This document shows positions 35,389 to 52,076 of a stretch of DNA of 64,000 nucleotides, one piece after another (position 1 is the stretch's first letter; every line of letters begins with the position of its first letter). The notes below the pieces were generated by a model, which made no database searches, was not told the origin of the DNA, and saw only the letters and a program-made list of their open reading frames with translations. Made by a program: the position numbers and the translations under genes. The stretch is from the NCBI RefSeq assembly GCF_009914755.1, contig NC_060937.1, one strand, 5' to 3'. The stretch comes from the human T2T-CHM13v2.0 reference genome, Homo sapiens.

Positions 35389-37207
35389 TGATTTTTAATC
35401 ACACTGAGTTCAGAAACAATGAAAGATCTTGCTGGCTGTTTGCTCGTTTGTCTGTGAATACTGTTTCTTTTCATTTTTTTAATTTATTGGATTTTTTTTT
35501 TATAAATATGCCCAGAATGTCTTACAACGTAAATGATAATCTCCACTGACCACCATGTATGACATATATGCTCATATCTCTTGGATATAATTTTACTCTC
35601 TGTACACACGCTTCTTACTCTCATGTCCTTATCTTACCCACATACAATAAAGATGAAAATAATGTTTCTTTGCATATAAACTTCCACTGATGTTACAATA
35701 AAAAACTAAGAATAAAACAAAAATCATACCATCAAGCTTTTGAATGAATGGACGATTGAATAATTATAAGTAAACTTTGGAAGCTTTTATAAAATTTAGA
35801 AAAAATTGAATTAGGTATGGGAGTATAACAAAAACAATAGAAGTGTCTGCTAGTTTCACCAGGTATTTTTGTTTCACCTGTATCACAGAATATTTATTAT
35901 TTATGAAAAAGAAATAACAAACTAATTTCTCAACTGAAGTAAGAATTAGCAAACACATTTCTCGGTGGAGCTATTTTTAAATTTCAAAATGGATCCACTA
36001 ACACATAGTTCATGAGCAGGTGAAATATTAGAGGCTCATAAATACTTGCTAAAGTACAAAGTGATATTTCTTATCGTCTGGGAAAGCACCCCAGCCAGCC
36101 ATCAGCTAAGCTGGGCCTCCATTTAAGTCACTTTTTTGGTGTTATTGATCAGTGGGTTTTCTGCGGCTCCTGTGACAATATTTAGGACAGAGGGGACAGT
36201 GGCAGAGGCAGATAGAGACTCCTAGCCCACAGTGAAGAGACACAAGTATGTTTTTCCTCTGCATTGCAGCACTGCCAACAAGGCCTACTTCTTATCGTCA
36301 TTGTGGTTGGCACTTTCTCCTTCAGACTCATCCTGTCTGCCCTGTGCTAAGGCCTTTTCAGCTAAAATATTTACCTGGAGTACATTACAAATAAGAGAAG
36401 CAGCACTAACTAGGAAAGACAGCCTTCAGCTGAGGAAATCAGAAATCTCATGTCTCGTCTCTCACTGACTAGTTGACTAGCCCTCAGGGCTCTTTATCTC
36501 ATGTACCCATTTGCAATCCCTATGTAAAACTGTGTGTCAGGTGCTATAATGAGAGGCTATCATATGCATCATATACTATTCTTAAACACTAGAGGAAAAA
36601 AGTACACTTGAAATCCATTCATTCTTTCTACTTTTGAGAGATGTTTATCGTATTTAAATTCTTATAAATGATTTTGCCTACTTTTCAAGGACAACTAAGA
36701 CATTATAATGGTTATACAAAGAATACTATTAATTTTCTTTAATATCTATCTATGTTCAGTAGAGGCTGGATAGCAAAACATTTACTCTCATTTACAGTTT
36801 ATTATATACCAAGTTCTACCAAAATGGGTCAGTGAAAAGAACCTAAACATAGAAGTTAATCTTAAAACATTAACATACTAAAGATTTTAATAGTAAAAAA
36901 ATGTTTTATTTTGTTTAAACCTACAGGAGAGGAATTTAAGTATAAGTTATGGGCCTGGTTACTCACCTACTCTTCTATGGACAAGTATTGTAATTTTTGG
37001 CTTCTGTTTTTTTATTTCTTATCAATTGCTTGTTTATCTCTAAAAGAGTTAAATCCTTTGTTCCCACATTCATTCTACAATAATATATCTTGGTATCAGT
37101 CCTTAAAATATTATTTATGTGTATTTGATATATGTGTGTAAACATGTATAATTTCTAACTCTAATCAGTTCAGAAACAGTGGAACATTTTCCTGGCTGCT
37201 CCAGTTT

Positions 37208-37238
37208 ACACACACACACACATACACACACACACACA
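37208..37238 (+). repeat. (CA)n microsatellite
   Basis: acacacacacaca(ta)cacacacacacaca. Confidence 0.9.
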
Positions 37239-37374
37239 GGTAGTATACAGTCTTCATCCATTAAAAAGCAGCGACGTGATTCTTGAACATTTTCCTGGTG
37301 CATGAACTTGCGTCTTTGCCACGAGTTTAATCTGAAGGCACCTGTCCAACATAAATAATAAAAGAACATTCTAA

Positions 37375-37719
<345 letters not shown>

Positions 37720-39519
37720 TAATGAAACTATTCTTTTTACCTGCTAAATAATGAGTTTTTGTAACAAGATCTTTAATTGGAAAGTTGTAAACTTTATTTT
37801 GAATCAACTTATTCAAAGTACAGCAGCTAAACTTTGGCAAAAGTTACCACACCCTTCCTGTCTGAGCCCACGGCAAAAGCTGCCAAGTTATTTCTAAACG
37901 GCAAAGACCTGAGTTTTAATGACCACACAAAGACTGTATGTGTGTGTGTAGTCCCAAGCTGGACTTAAAAAAAAAATCACAAAAAACATTTCAGTTCTTA
38001 GCCTGTTCACTGGTACCTGGGTAAAATATGCTAAGCATTTAATCATTTCTAATGTGAAGTTTCTCTAATTCAATTCCTTCAAAGCTTGCCTGCTACAACA
38101 TGAGACCAGAGCCTGAGGGATCAAACATTTTTGTGCTTGATGAAATCGTTAGAACTGGAAACAAAATGCAATGCACACAAGAGAGCTCTTTGCTCTGCTT
38201 AGCTCGGTGGCTGGTGTTCTAGACACTGGAGCAGCCAAATTCAAGTCTCAGTGGGCAAATGCAGATTCATTTATTTTGGATGATAATCATGGTAATAAGA
38301 TACTTTCAGCTATGAATCATGTTTGCAAAAACAGGTATTGAGAGGAGGAGCATCACCTGTCAGTCACCTTCATTTCAGTAGCTTAGAGGCATGTTCCACC
38401 TGAGAGGCCGTCTTTTGCCTCATGGGATCAAAACTCAGTTCACTTAAGTGAGACTGGATGATGCAAAGGTGCCTCGTTCGGAACCGGGCTCATGGTGTTG
38501 TCAAGCTCATGTTTAACTGCACCAGATTTCCCAAACGACTCTCTGCTAGTCCTACAATTGAAGAGGCAGGCCTAGATCCCAAGTTTAGGATTTCCTGCAG
38601 TAGGTAGGCACCTCCTTACTTAACTACAGGCTTGTGGGAAATGATGCTTCAAGTAGCTGCTTACCTTCCCTAAAAGGATTTTATTATTGACCAACCCGCC
38701 TATGTCTAATTGAAGCCAAAGAGCCCTTTGCTTTTGTCCTTCCTGGCCCACTGATGACCCTGGATGTCTGCCCCAGCAGGAGAGAATCATGTCCTCGGAA
38801 TAAAGAAGGTGTTCTTCACCAATTCTTTCCCTGGAAAACAAGTTGAGCAGATCCGGTCCGTAAGCAGTATAAAGGCACTGCTATCATGTATCCTTAAAAT
38901 AACTGCCAGCTTAATTTTCACCTTGAATTGCTTAAGAACCAATAAAAAGTATTGCAGGTTTCTGTGATCCATAATAAATGATAGAGAAAGCATTCACTGA
39001 ATGCAGTGAAGATTGTTTTAAGTCTAAAGCAAAATACAACTGTTTTGAATACTTTCAAAAATGTCTCTGAGACAGAGCTCAGAGTTCAGCTAGTGTCAAA
39101 AGACCAGCTCCCTGATCTGACAACTGACCTAATGTTTGCTCTTCAGTTAAAATTCAAGCTTGGACACCTGTTTCCCTCTGGAAGTTATACAAGGGAGGGA
39201 AAAAACGGATGAAGCAAGAGAGGCATCATTTCCTGTCTCGGCCAGAGAAAAATGTTATGTGAAACGACCTAGCAGGAATGATGTAAAGCGAAGTAATCCG
39301 ACACAATTTCAGAACAGCTCACAAATTTAGTTTCTATCAAAATAAAGGAAGGAAAAATCTGGGATGCCCGTTACTTAAAAATAAATATTATACTAATGTT
39401 TTTCAGGGACAAGAAATAAGGAATACTACACCTTTTTTTCTGGTCTTCTCTTTATTGTCCTAGCCAGCAATAACTAAAAAATCACAGTGATTATTTTATC
39501 TTTCATTGTTAAGATTTTA

Positions 39520-39864
<345 letters not shown>

Positions 39865-40094
39865 TTATCCAAATAAAATAAGGCATTTGAGAATGTTTTG
39901 CTACTTCCCAATAAAATCACAATAAGGGATTCTAGCATTCTTGGAGTAGAAGAGTGAAGATGCCTGAACTTCAGAGTCCAACAGCTCCAGGTTTGAATTT
40001 CATCTCTGCCACTGACCTTAGCTATATGACCTTAAGCATGGATGCAATTCCTCTTGCTTTCCACTTCTTTGTCTATTAAGTGGGTATAAGAATA

Positions 40095-40455
40095 CAGGTT
40101 GAGCATTCCTCATCTGAAAATTCAAAATCTGAAATGCTCCAAAATCCTAAACTTTTTGAACACTAACATGACATCACAACTGAAAGATTCCACATCTGAC
40201 CTCATGTTACAGGTCATAGTCAAAATGCAGTCAAAACTTTGTTTCATGCACAAAATTATTTTAAAATTGTATAAAATTATCTTCAGGCTGTGTATTTAAG
40301 GTGTATGTGAAACATAAACAAATTTCATGTTTAGACTTAGGTCCCATCCCCAAGATATCTCATTATGTATATGCAAATATTTCAAAAATTTTTAAAAATC
40401 TGAAATCCAAAACACTTCTGGTCCCAAGCATTTTGAATAAGGCATACTCAACCTC
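40095..40455. mobile_element. Tigger4-type (Tc1/mariner) MITE inserted in a MIR
   Basis: TA|caggttgagcat...atactcaacctc|TA; TIRs and TA target duplication; MIR-like sequence on both sides. Confidence 0.85.
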
Positions 40456-41239
40456 TACCTGCCTGTAGAGCTGACATGAGGATTAAATAAAATAACCAAT
40501 GTATAGTGTCTAGCAAAGTGTCAGGCATATAGTTGGCATTGTAAATGTGAGTCTCCTTGTACTGTCATTGGTGAATAATTTTAGTATATCTTCATCTGAT
40601 AAAGTTAGGCATACTTGGCGTTTAGATCAAAGCACAGTTGTCAAAAAAAGAAAGACAAGTCATTTTGTCATATCTATTCCTTTTCATTGGTCTCAGAATT
40701 TACTGAGTGATATCTGCAAGAGTTTGCCCTTGAACTTTTTAGAATCTTTAAAAGGTGTTGTGTCTTTGCTATTAATTGCATAAGAACAGTAAGCATCATG
40801 ATCACAAACACTTTTAGCTTTGTGAACAGGCTCAGGTGATGCCACCTTTATTTCCAGTTGATGACCCTCATTCATGTTTCCATAACATTTAACAGTTTTC
40901 TCACGAATACATATTTAGGATTCCAAAAAAGTGTTGAGGAGACCAAAGTTGTCACAGAGGTAGAAAGCTATTTCAGAAATTGTAATAATGATTTGTTATC
41001 CCAGCTCTATCATCCACAGCCAAAGGATTTGGAATTTCTGATGTTTAATGTTGATTTTTCTCTTTGGAGTTAGTGTATATTTACCTTTTCTTTTAAGGTG
41101 CACCTACTGAAGTGTATATTGTTAGCACTGTTGGTTAATGTTGTGTTAACACTAAGAGAAATGTTCTTGAGTATCTTTAATATAATCATTGTAAATAGAC
41201 CTTTTGTTTGTTTTTCTGCTCATTCAATCTGCTACCCAG

Positions 41240-41248
41240 GAACTTCAG
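41240..41248 (+). CDS. FRY: Alternative 9-nt microexon encoding ELQ
   Basis: U-rich tract, tctgctacccag|GAACTTCAG|gtaaga; in frame within a phase-0 intron; UGC motifs upstream. Confidence 0.75.
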
Positions 41249-41609
41249 GTAAGATGATGCTGTTTTTAATTCAAATATGCTAGTAGACGTTTTGCATCTT
41301 TGCAGATTTATAACAACATAATTGCTTTTTTCCTCCCTTCCAGAATATATATGCTTATTTGCGTGCATATTTCCATTTAGGTGTGTGATATAAGAGGTAT
41401 TTTTCTTGGCTGCTCTAGTATGGAAATGTTTTCTAAAATGTAAATACATTTTTAAAACCTTTATATGCCTAGTTCTGAAAGTTGCATGGTTATATCTCAG
41501 AGAAGTGGAGTTTTCAAATCTGATCTATGGCAATCCTATCATTTCTCATCAAGTGGTTGCACAACTGGATGGGTTTTATTGTTAAATTCTTGTATTAAAA
41601 CTGAAATCA

Positions 41610-41944
<335 letters not shown>

Positions 41945-43872
41945 TCAGTTGAATCTTTTTTTCCCCCAGGAATTAAAGGCTATCTCTATCTCTGTGTAGT
42001 GACTAGATAACTTTTCATCCAAACCAGGGCCCTTTTAAAAGTAAAAGGGGGTACTAATAATATTTATACCCAAACCACAGGCATTAAAACCGGGATCATC
42101 CTGGGCAAAGTGACCTATGATCAGTCTCTATCTACGTATATCAGACTTACTCTAAGTAGAACATTTGGGGGAGTATATTTTGACCACAATGCACCCAAAT
42201 TTCTTCAACAATAATTCTTGTTTGACAGAGTTCCAATATGAAAAAAAGTGTCAAAAAATAGTATTTCTAACATTTATAGAATGTTTAATCATTAATACTT
42301 TCCCATCTCAGTGTAAACCCTCAGTGGTTTTTAAGTTTGAACTGACATATACAGAGTGTTCATCTGGACTAGCCATCCTCTGCATTTTCTCACATGTAGG
42401 AAACTGCTTTGACTTTTCACTTTGTATGTAACATAAAATACAAATCTGACATTTGGGGGAGAGGAAGGATGGAGGGTGGGTCTCCCACTAGGGCCATGCT
42501 GAGAAAGCCTGGTTGAGTTTTAATCACCATGGACTTTACCTGGGTCCAGACTGCAATGTTGTTCCATCATCTCAACCTCTCAGCCACCACCAGGGGAACC
42601 ATTTCAACACCCTTGCTTCTAATGGAGATATTACACCTTCCAGCAAGACAGCCAAACCTTATTCCTCCAAGAACAGCTTTCCCTGCCTCCCTATTTTCAC
42701 ACCTGATTGATTCAGGTCTTCACCAGAGCTGCCGCCAAATCAGCACTAGCAGTGACCTGTGCCTGGTATAGCCTTCTCCCACCTGGATGTCTGTATTCCT
42801 CTGCAAGCTCATGGTTCTGTCTCAAGTGCAGCGTGGGAGTCCTCCAGAATCGCTGCCTAAGATAGTTCATCCAACCCTTCCAGTCATTTGGCACAAGAGA
42901 GTCAGTTTTTTGAATTTGTGTTTGTATATTTGTCCCTATAATTTTCACATTCTTCTCTTTTTACTCTGCATAGTTAGTATTCTGATTTTTCTGTATTTTC
43001 TTCCTTTCTTTACACGTTGGATTTTCCTTTTCTTCCCAGAACTTTTGCCTCTTTCATATATTGTTTTATTTTCTCACTGCTGTGGCTATTTTTAAAATCC
43101 CAGTACAACAGTTAGCCATTTTCTACCAAAAAAAAAGAAAAAAACATATGGTGGTAATTTATCATAGCAGATACTGGATGTTAGAAACAATATTCTGAGT
43201 CTGCATTCTTTTTTATAATCAAACACCCCTAAGAGCAATCATAAATATCATATGTGAGGATGAATAATGATGATTTCTATATCTTATCCAGATTGTGCTT
43301 AGGATTTGTGCCTGTTGCCTTCTACCATGAATAGCCCAAGCAGACTTTGAAAAAGCTATGCCTCTGTTATATGACAGATCTGTGAGAATGGCAAGCTTGT
43401 TTCACTAGGAGACAGACACGACCCTCTGCTTTAAAACAGAGGGAAATTAATAAATGATAATGCTCATAAGTTTAACAGTAACTCACATCTCTCATATTAT
43501 GTTGTTCACTGAGCTCTCATCAGAAAAAGTTGTTTTATTTTATTCCAATGAACCATCAGGCAGTGTTTCAAATTACCAGTAAATGAAAAGATTCTGTACT
43601 AGATTTTGTCAGATCATTTGTTTAGGTTAAAATTTGCATATCAGTCAGCTGAGTAATATTTTTCTTCCTTTATTCCTATCTTAACAGAAAGAAAAATAAA
43701 ACCCAAATCCATTTCTAGAAAAAAAAAGTTATGTTAGTCAAATACACTTATTTATTAACTGATGGTTTGTAGAGAAAGTCTGAATGCAACTAAAAGCTTT
43801 CTTTAACACTTACATGGCCACTTAAGCTAGTTCTCGGTAATTCAAAATATACAAATCAACAATAATATTTGG

Positions 43873-44233
43873 GGCCGGGTGCAGTGGCTCACGCCTGTAA
43901 TCTCAGCACTTTGGGAGGCCGAGGCGGGTGGATCACTTGAGGTCAAGAGTTCAAGACCAGCCTGGCAACATGGCAAAATCCTGTCTCTACTAAAAATACA
44001 AAAAATTAGCCTGACATGGAACCCAGAAGGTGGAGGTTGCCGCAAGCTGAGATGGCGCCACTGCACCACTCCAGCCTGGGCAACAGCAAGACTCTGTCTC
44101 AAAAGAAAAAAACAAAAAAACAGTAATAGGCTGGATGTGGTGGCTCACGCCTGTAATCCCAGCACTTTGGGAGGCCGAGGCAGGTGGATCATGAGGTCAG
44201 GTGATCAAGGCCAGTCTGGCCAACATAGTGAAA
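43873..44233 (+). mobile_element. AluS with right-arm deletion, followed by a partial left monomer
   Basis: tagcctgacatgg joined directly to aacccag (about 55 nt missing); second fragment 44129-44233. Confidence 0.88.
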
Positions 44234-44889
44234 TTAACAATTTTCTACACCGGGACAATTATTTAAAGATGAGCCTAAAGCAAAAGTTAAGGTGTTGCTG
44301 CTCTGGCCTCTGCATAGTGCATGATCCATCAGACTTTGCCCAGCTGCTCTGATAGTCTTTAACTCTGCATTGTATCTGTGAAAATTGCTGTGGCAGAAAT
44401 AGGCTGGAATGTTTACCTAATGCTCTTCCACTAAATACCCAAAGGATTCTGGAATGTGCTACAAGCAGCATAGCTCCTACTTTTTTCTCCTTCTGAAAAC
44501 AGTACTAAACAGGGGCCGACCTCAGGGTGGTGGGAGTGGGTGACACCTCTTTTGAAGTTTTCATACTAATGGTCTCTTTGTTACAGATTTTTGAAAACAC
44601 AGATCATTGGTAGTGTTTACCAAAATCAACTTTTTAAAAAATGTAATTATTACCCACCATGCCAAAGAAAAGTATGTAATCATTTCTGCCTATGACTTCA
44701 CATGAGTTTACATGAAAATAGTGTGCTTTTACTACTTTTCACATTGGGTAAACAAAAGTTTTGATACCAAAGTCGATGAGGGCCTAAGAGTTAATAATGA
44801 CAATATTTGTTCCCAAGCTATGACTAATTGAATGTGTGAACATGTGAGTGCAAGAGGATTTTGGCATAAAAAACCGGCTGATGGTGTGA

Positions 44890-45147
<258 letters not shown>

Positions 45148-45572
45148 TAATGCAGGAGGACAGTTTCCAGTTGCAGCTAAGGAAACTTTCCACAGCTGCT
45201 GAACTAAAATCGGAACTGTCAGGTGGTGTCATACGGGTTCTAGCTGGCAGAGTCTTCTCTGTAGGTTGCAGATGGAAACAAAGACTGGGGTCCATGTGAT
45301 TCACCCTGAAAGCCACCAGATCTGTTAAGGCCTAGATTTTTCCCAAATACCTTTTATGATTCTGGAATCTTTTTAAAAATTCCCCAGATCTCTAAAGTGT
45401 GGAGATATGACAGACATTTTGATGTGATTTTCTGAAAATACCTGGATTACTAGCTGCTATGTTTAAGGCCCAATAATGGTGAAATGTGGAAGTTAAAAAA
45501 TTAAGACGTATTAACCAACAACTAGAGAATAAATGGAGCTTTTAAAGAATGGGAACTTCATACTATGTTTAA

Positions 45573-45767
<195 letters not shown>

Positions 45768-47006
45768 TAACAATGATGATTTGTACTTCCCTTAAAACCC
45801 TTAAAAAAAAACACTTCCAATTTTCTGAGAATTCTTAAGGGGTCTCAAGTAGAAAGACTATCTTTATCTTTTTCTTTCTCTCTTTTTTAAAATAATAGAA
45901 GTTTGTGCACCTGAGCCTATGTTTTGAAGTTGTTTTACCCCCACAAACTTGAGCAGCCATCTTCTTGGCTGAAAGACTTGATTTGAGGTCTTTTTAAAAT
46001 GAGACATTTTGCATGAACACTGCTGGTGGATGGCAAAACCAGTGGTGTATGTCTGAGATGGCTGTGACTGGGAAACTGCTGATCTTTGTCATGAATTTTA
46101 TAAAACAATATGCTAAGTGAGGTGTGGGTGTATGCACATATTTGGGGAATTTTTTCCTTTGTAGGAAACAATTATACAATTTGTACATTGATTCAGTGCT
46201 TGCCTTTTGGCATACTATCAGAATTTTTAATGTCAATCACAGTCTTATGCCAGATTCGCACAAAACTCTTCTTGCCAGAGTCTGTGAGGAGAAAAGTAAC
46301 TAATGGATGTAATTTTCTTAATTAGAAAAAATCTAACAGTGTATATTTCATTTAAAGTTTATTTTATTAAAATGTCCTGAAAACCATCCACTTGCATGCT
46401 ATGCCCACATCTATGCCCATCAGTATAGAATTGTATTTCCTTATAGTAGAAATACCAAAATAATCTATTACCATTAAGATAGAGTCAAGCACTGTCTATC
46501 ATGAGTTTGGTTATGGTTGTGCAAGTTCAAAAGAAAAAATAAAATCGAAAAAATTTCATAAAAGTATATTCCTTCTGACATTTCTAATGGAAAAATATAA
46601 TATTGGCTATTCTATATTCTCTGATAGCATAGTAAAAATAGATCAGAAATCTAGGAAAATCTATGTGCTTTAAACCAAGGGCAATCACCAAATTACAATT
46701 ACCTAAAAATATTGAAGCTTAAATAGTAATTATTTCTAAGATTGCCTCATTGCAAAGGTACTACAATCAGGATTCTTGGAATTAGCAGAGTTCTTTTTTA
46801 GCCAAAAGAAAAAAACAAAAAACAAAAAGCCCAGAAAGAAAAGTTGTCTAAGTTAAAATTCTAAGATTATGAAATTAAATTTCATAGAAAAAAATCACAA
46901 AATATATGTGCATTTGATATTTCTCAATGTCAATATGGTCATTTTCTCCATTTTTCTATTTTGAATGCTAAAAACATATAGATTTCTCATAGAAAGTGCT
47001 ACCTAA

Positions 47007-47297
47007 GGCCAGGCGCTTTGGCTCACACCTGTAATCCCAGCACTTCGGGAGGCCGAGGCGGGTGGATCACGAGGTCAGGAGTTCAAGACCAGCCTGGCCA
47101 AGATGGTGAAACCCTGTCTCTACTAAAAACACAAAAAAATTAACCGGTCATGGTGGCGGTGCCCGTAATCCCAGCTACTCAGGAGGCTGAGGCAGAGAAT
47201 TGCTTGAACCCGGGAAGCAGAGGTTGCAGGTAGCTGAGATCGCACCACTGCACTCCAGCCTGGGCGACAGAGCGAGACTCCATCTCGAAAAAAAAAA
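47007..47297 (+). mobile_element. AluS (Sg-like)
   Basis: Alu consensus; TSD-like aaagt..taccta. Confidence 0.94.
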
Positions 47298-48663
47298 GTA
47301 ATACCTACGTAATAGATCTCATCCTACCAAGGAAAAGTCGAGTCCCATTTCTGAAGAGCTATCCCTGTTTTTCACTTAAGTTGCATTTCTGCAGTGTTTG
47401 ATAAAGCTATGATATTAGAGAAAATAAAATGTATTTTAATAAGGACTCATCCCTTCTCTAATGGATTAAGTGTATGTACACTAATAACCTAGACCAGGCA
47501 CCAGTGGCCAGCCTCATTGGCAGCACTGTAGTTTTAAAAAGCAAATATGGATAAACCTCTCAAACTCAGTATTTACCAGCAATTCCTCCAAAGACATGAG
47601 ATATCTTATTTCCCTAATATATTTTTACCATTCCTGGTAATTTTCCCTATTAATTCTAGAGTCAAAGTATAATATATATATTTTATATATATATTTACAC
47701 ACTGAGTGGACAGATGTTAACTTGAGATAAAGCTCTAATTCATATACACTTCTATTTTGCCTTGCTTTTGTTTTTGTTTTAAGAAAATGACTCACTGTAA
47801 CATGTACATCTTTCTTCCTCTCCCTTCTGATCTGTAATCCAGTTGCCTTCCTTCCTCTCCTAAAGAACAATCAGTCCTCCTTTTCCCCCTGGCCCAGGCC
47901 CAAACCCAGCCTCTTTTTCCATTTTACTTGCTGTGTCTCTTTCCTGCCTCTCACTGATCCTGGTTCTGCCTGCCCTAGAGCCCTTTCATTGTCCTGCTCA
48001 TTCCACATTTTGTAGTCAGGTAAGAGCAGATACTCATATCTGTTATCTGTGGAGGGTATTCTCAAGGGTAAAGCATACATGCAAATGGATCTTAGAGGAT
48101 CCCCTATATGGAAAGACCGAGCAACCCAGCAGGCTCAGGGAAGGACTCTGGATCACTCGTGCATACCACAGGTATCCTGGGCATCTACTGCGCCAGGCCC
48201 TGATGATTCTACATTCCCTTGCTAAAGGGGTTCTATGTTAGAGAATTAACTCTGGATAGGCTTGCTTTAGAAGGCTGGGTTTGGACAATGGAAGGAGTTC
48301 TGAATCCAAAAGAAGTGTTTCTTGTCCCAGCTCCAATTCTAAGTATGGACCTGATATTAGACAAGTTCCTTTCCCACGTGGAGCATTGTTTCCTTATCTG
48401 CAAAATGTGGAGGTTGGATTGGAGGTCTTGATGGTCTTTTCCAAGTTTAGCGTTCATACCCTATAAGCATGGGCCAAGTACGAAAATCTACTGAGAGCCC
48501 CTTTGGGGACCATTATGGAAGAGATTGAAAAGAAGATAAAGAATGAACAGTACTTCAGAGAATTCCTGAGTCCAGCCTAGAAACGGACTATACTGTAGCT
48601 AGAAAACAAATGTCCCCATTTCTATCACCATCAGCATTTCAGTCTCTCTTATTTGTTCCTTAG

Positions 48664-48897
<234 letters not shown>

Positions 48898-49893
48898 TAA
48901 TGGAGCCCTTGGCTGATGTGAGTGGTGTGAATGTGCATGGTACATTATATGGCATTCACACTCAAGTTAAGTGTCACAGTTGCACTGCTGGGACATCCTA
49001 ATAAAGGACTCCAAAGTGACATATATCATGGCAGGCTCTCAGCTGAGTTAGAGTCATCCAATCCCATTATAGGGCCTCGTGTGGAACAAAGAAAGAACAC
49101 TTACATATGAATTCATAAGGCCAGAAAGCAACGTAAAAAGCAAAGGAAGAGCCTGGAAACATGGTCCAGACCTTGTAAGCTTTGAAGATAAGCAACACTT
49201 GGCAAGCCTTGGAAATAAGTTCTTTCCATTTGGAGTTAAAACCCTGGAACAAGAGGCTCTTTATATAGGAAATACCTACTCTTTAAGTGGGTGTCTTTTG
49301 GCCTGGTGGCTGATATTTCTGAGACTAGTGAGATATAGAAACAGAAAAAAAAAATGTGAAGAGAAATAGATAAACACCAGAGGTTAGATTAATCCAGCAT
49401 CTAGAATAAATCACAAATAATAATGCTACAGATCTACTTCAGGAAAAGAAAGTTGAGATCCTAAAATTACTCTTCTGAAAGTTGAAAATAAGAACTAAGT
49501 AAAAGCTTCTGATATGCTAGACAAAGGCCTTCTGTTACAGTGAGCAATGTCTGTCCATCAAAGGAAAAGGTTAAGGTAACACCTAGAGAAGAATTTGACC
49601 TTTCATTTTTATTCATTATCTCTTCTTTCTTCCTGCCTCTCTGTCTCACTTTCCCTGCGTATCTCTGGTTTCCTTGTCTCCCTCCACCTTTGTCTTCCAG
49701 GCATTTGTGCATATGCATTTATTAATACTCTCCCTCCAGAAAGGAAAAATTAGAAGATTCAAAATTTATATAATTTTTCATAATGAAAAATGAAGAATGA
49801 AACTGCCAAAGCATAGGACTGTGGTTTACTTTGGGGCATAGCCTCTGTGAAAGTGAGAGGCATTGCTGAAGGCTAAAAGAAGTACCAAGTCTA

Positions 49894-50765
<872 letters not shown>

Positions 50766-51919
50766 TAAATTTCCTCTGACTTTGAAATTTCTTCTATTTA
50801 CCCTTAATCTTGTCATCCTTCTAAACATGGTATTGATGATTTAGGCTGCCATGAAGTACCTTTCATTCCTGCATCTCTTGGTGTTACTGACATCACCAGT
50901 CCTCAGCAGCCATGACATCAGGACCATTAAGGGAATCTTCTGCCAGGCCTATCCTCCATCCCACCCCCCTTTACCTCTCTTTTGTTTTTATTATTTTTAT
51001 CTTTCCTTTCCTTGTCTTTTCTCATTTCCCACTCTATGAATTCCTTAGCATGCCAGCCATAGCTGTGAACACTTGTTTACTCCCTTGAGTTGCTTTTGAA
51101 CAGATGAAAAGTCATTCTTGCTGTTGTAGCAGGTTGCTGTGCACTGCAGATTTCGTTTTATGAAATGGGAACATGCCGCCTACTTGGTAGCCCTTAAGAA
51201 TCAGGCCAGTCTAACTACTGCCTCTCCCGTGTGAACCACAGCCCCACTGTCCATAGTGTCTTTGTGCAAACTGTAATGAATGTCCCTGCCTCCAGAGGAG
51301 TGCAGTACCACACCTGGCCAGCAGAGTGCAGGTGGGATTCCAACCCCACTTCCAATCCCTCAGCCAGACACCCTAGCATCTTGCACACAGCTCTCTGTGG
51401 CAGTCTCATGTGTGGGCACGCTTAAATCTCGCTTGTTACCTCATAACATACTTACAATGACTGCTTCCCATTAACTCCTCTATGCATCTTTCTGTAAACT
51501 TTTGTCCTCCAAATTTCATCAAATAATTGGCAGGGGGAGGAGGTGGCAAAAGAGAGAAACATGCCTTGCTGTGAAGAAACATCAGAGCTCTTTGAAGGCC
51601 ATTGCAGTTAACTAGACCTATGTCTGAGCTTGAAGCAGATATTGACCGTGAAAATGGCAGTGCTGGGAATAATGAGGCCTGGAAGCTACGAAGATGAGGT
51701 TGTAGGGGAAGATTTGTTGATGTGGAACTATGGTTACCATATTATAGTTAAAGAGAAAGCTAGTTTAAAATATATATATATATCTAGATTAGTATTCCTT
51801 TTTTTAAAATGCCTAGAAAATAATGAAAATTATACACCAGAATATCATTGTATCTTTTCACGGTAATGATATTTGGGGTGTTTTTTATTTCCTTCTTTTT
51901 ACTTTTTTTCAATTTCCTA

Positions 51920-52076
51920 TTTTTTGGGGGGGTGGGGAGACAGAATCTTGTTCTGTCGCCCATGCTGGAGTGCAGTAGCATGATCTCAGCTCACTCTGCC
52001 TCCCAGGTTCAAGCGATTCTCCTGCCTCAGCCTCCCGAGTAGCTGGGATTACAGGCATGAGCCACCGTGCCTGGCC
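51920..52076 (-). mobile_element. Monomer-length Alu (FRAM-like or intra-Alu recombinant)
   Basis: Right-arm sequence joined to the Alu 5' end at gctgggattacaggc; TSD aatttcct. Confidence 0.82.

Noticed and set aside
41950-41985. Strong acceptor ctttttttcccccAG followed by GAATTAAAG (ELK), resembling a second microexon
   Set aside because: Followed by gctatc, which is not a credible donor; probably chance.
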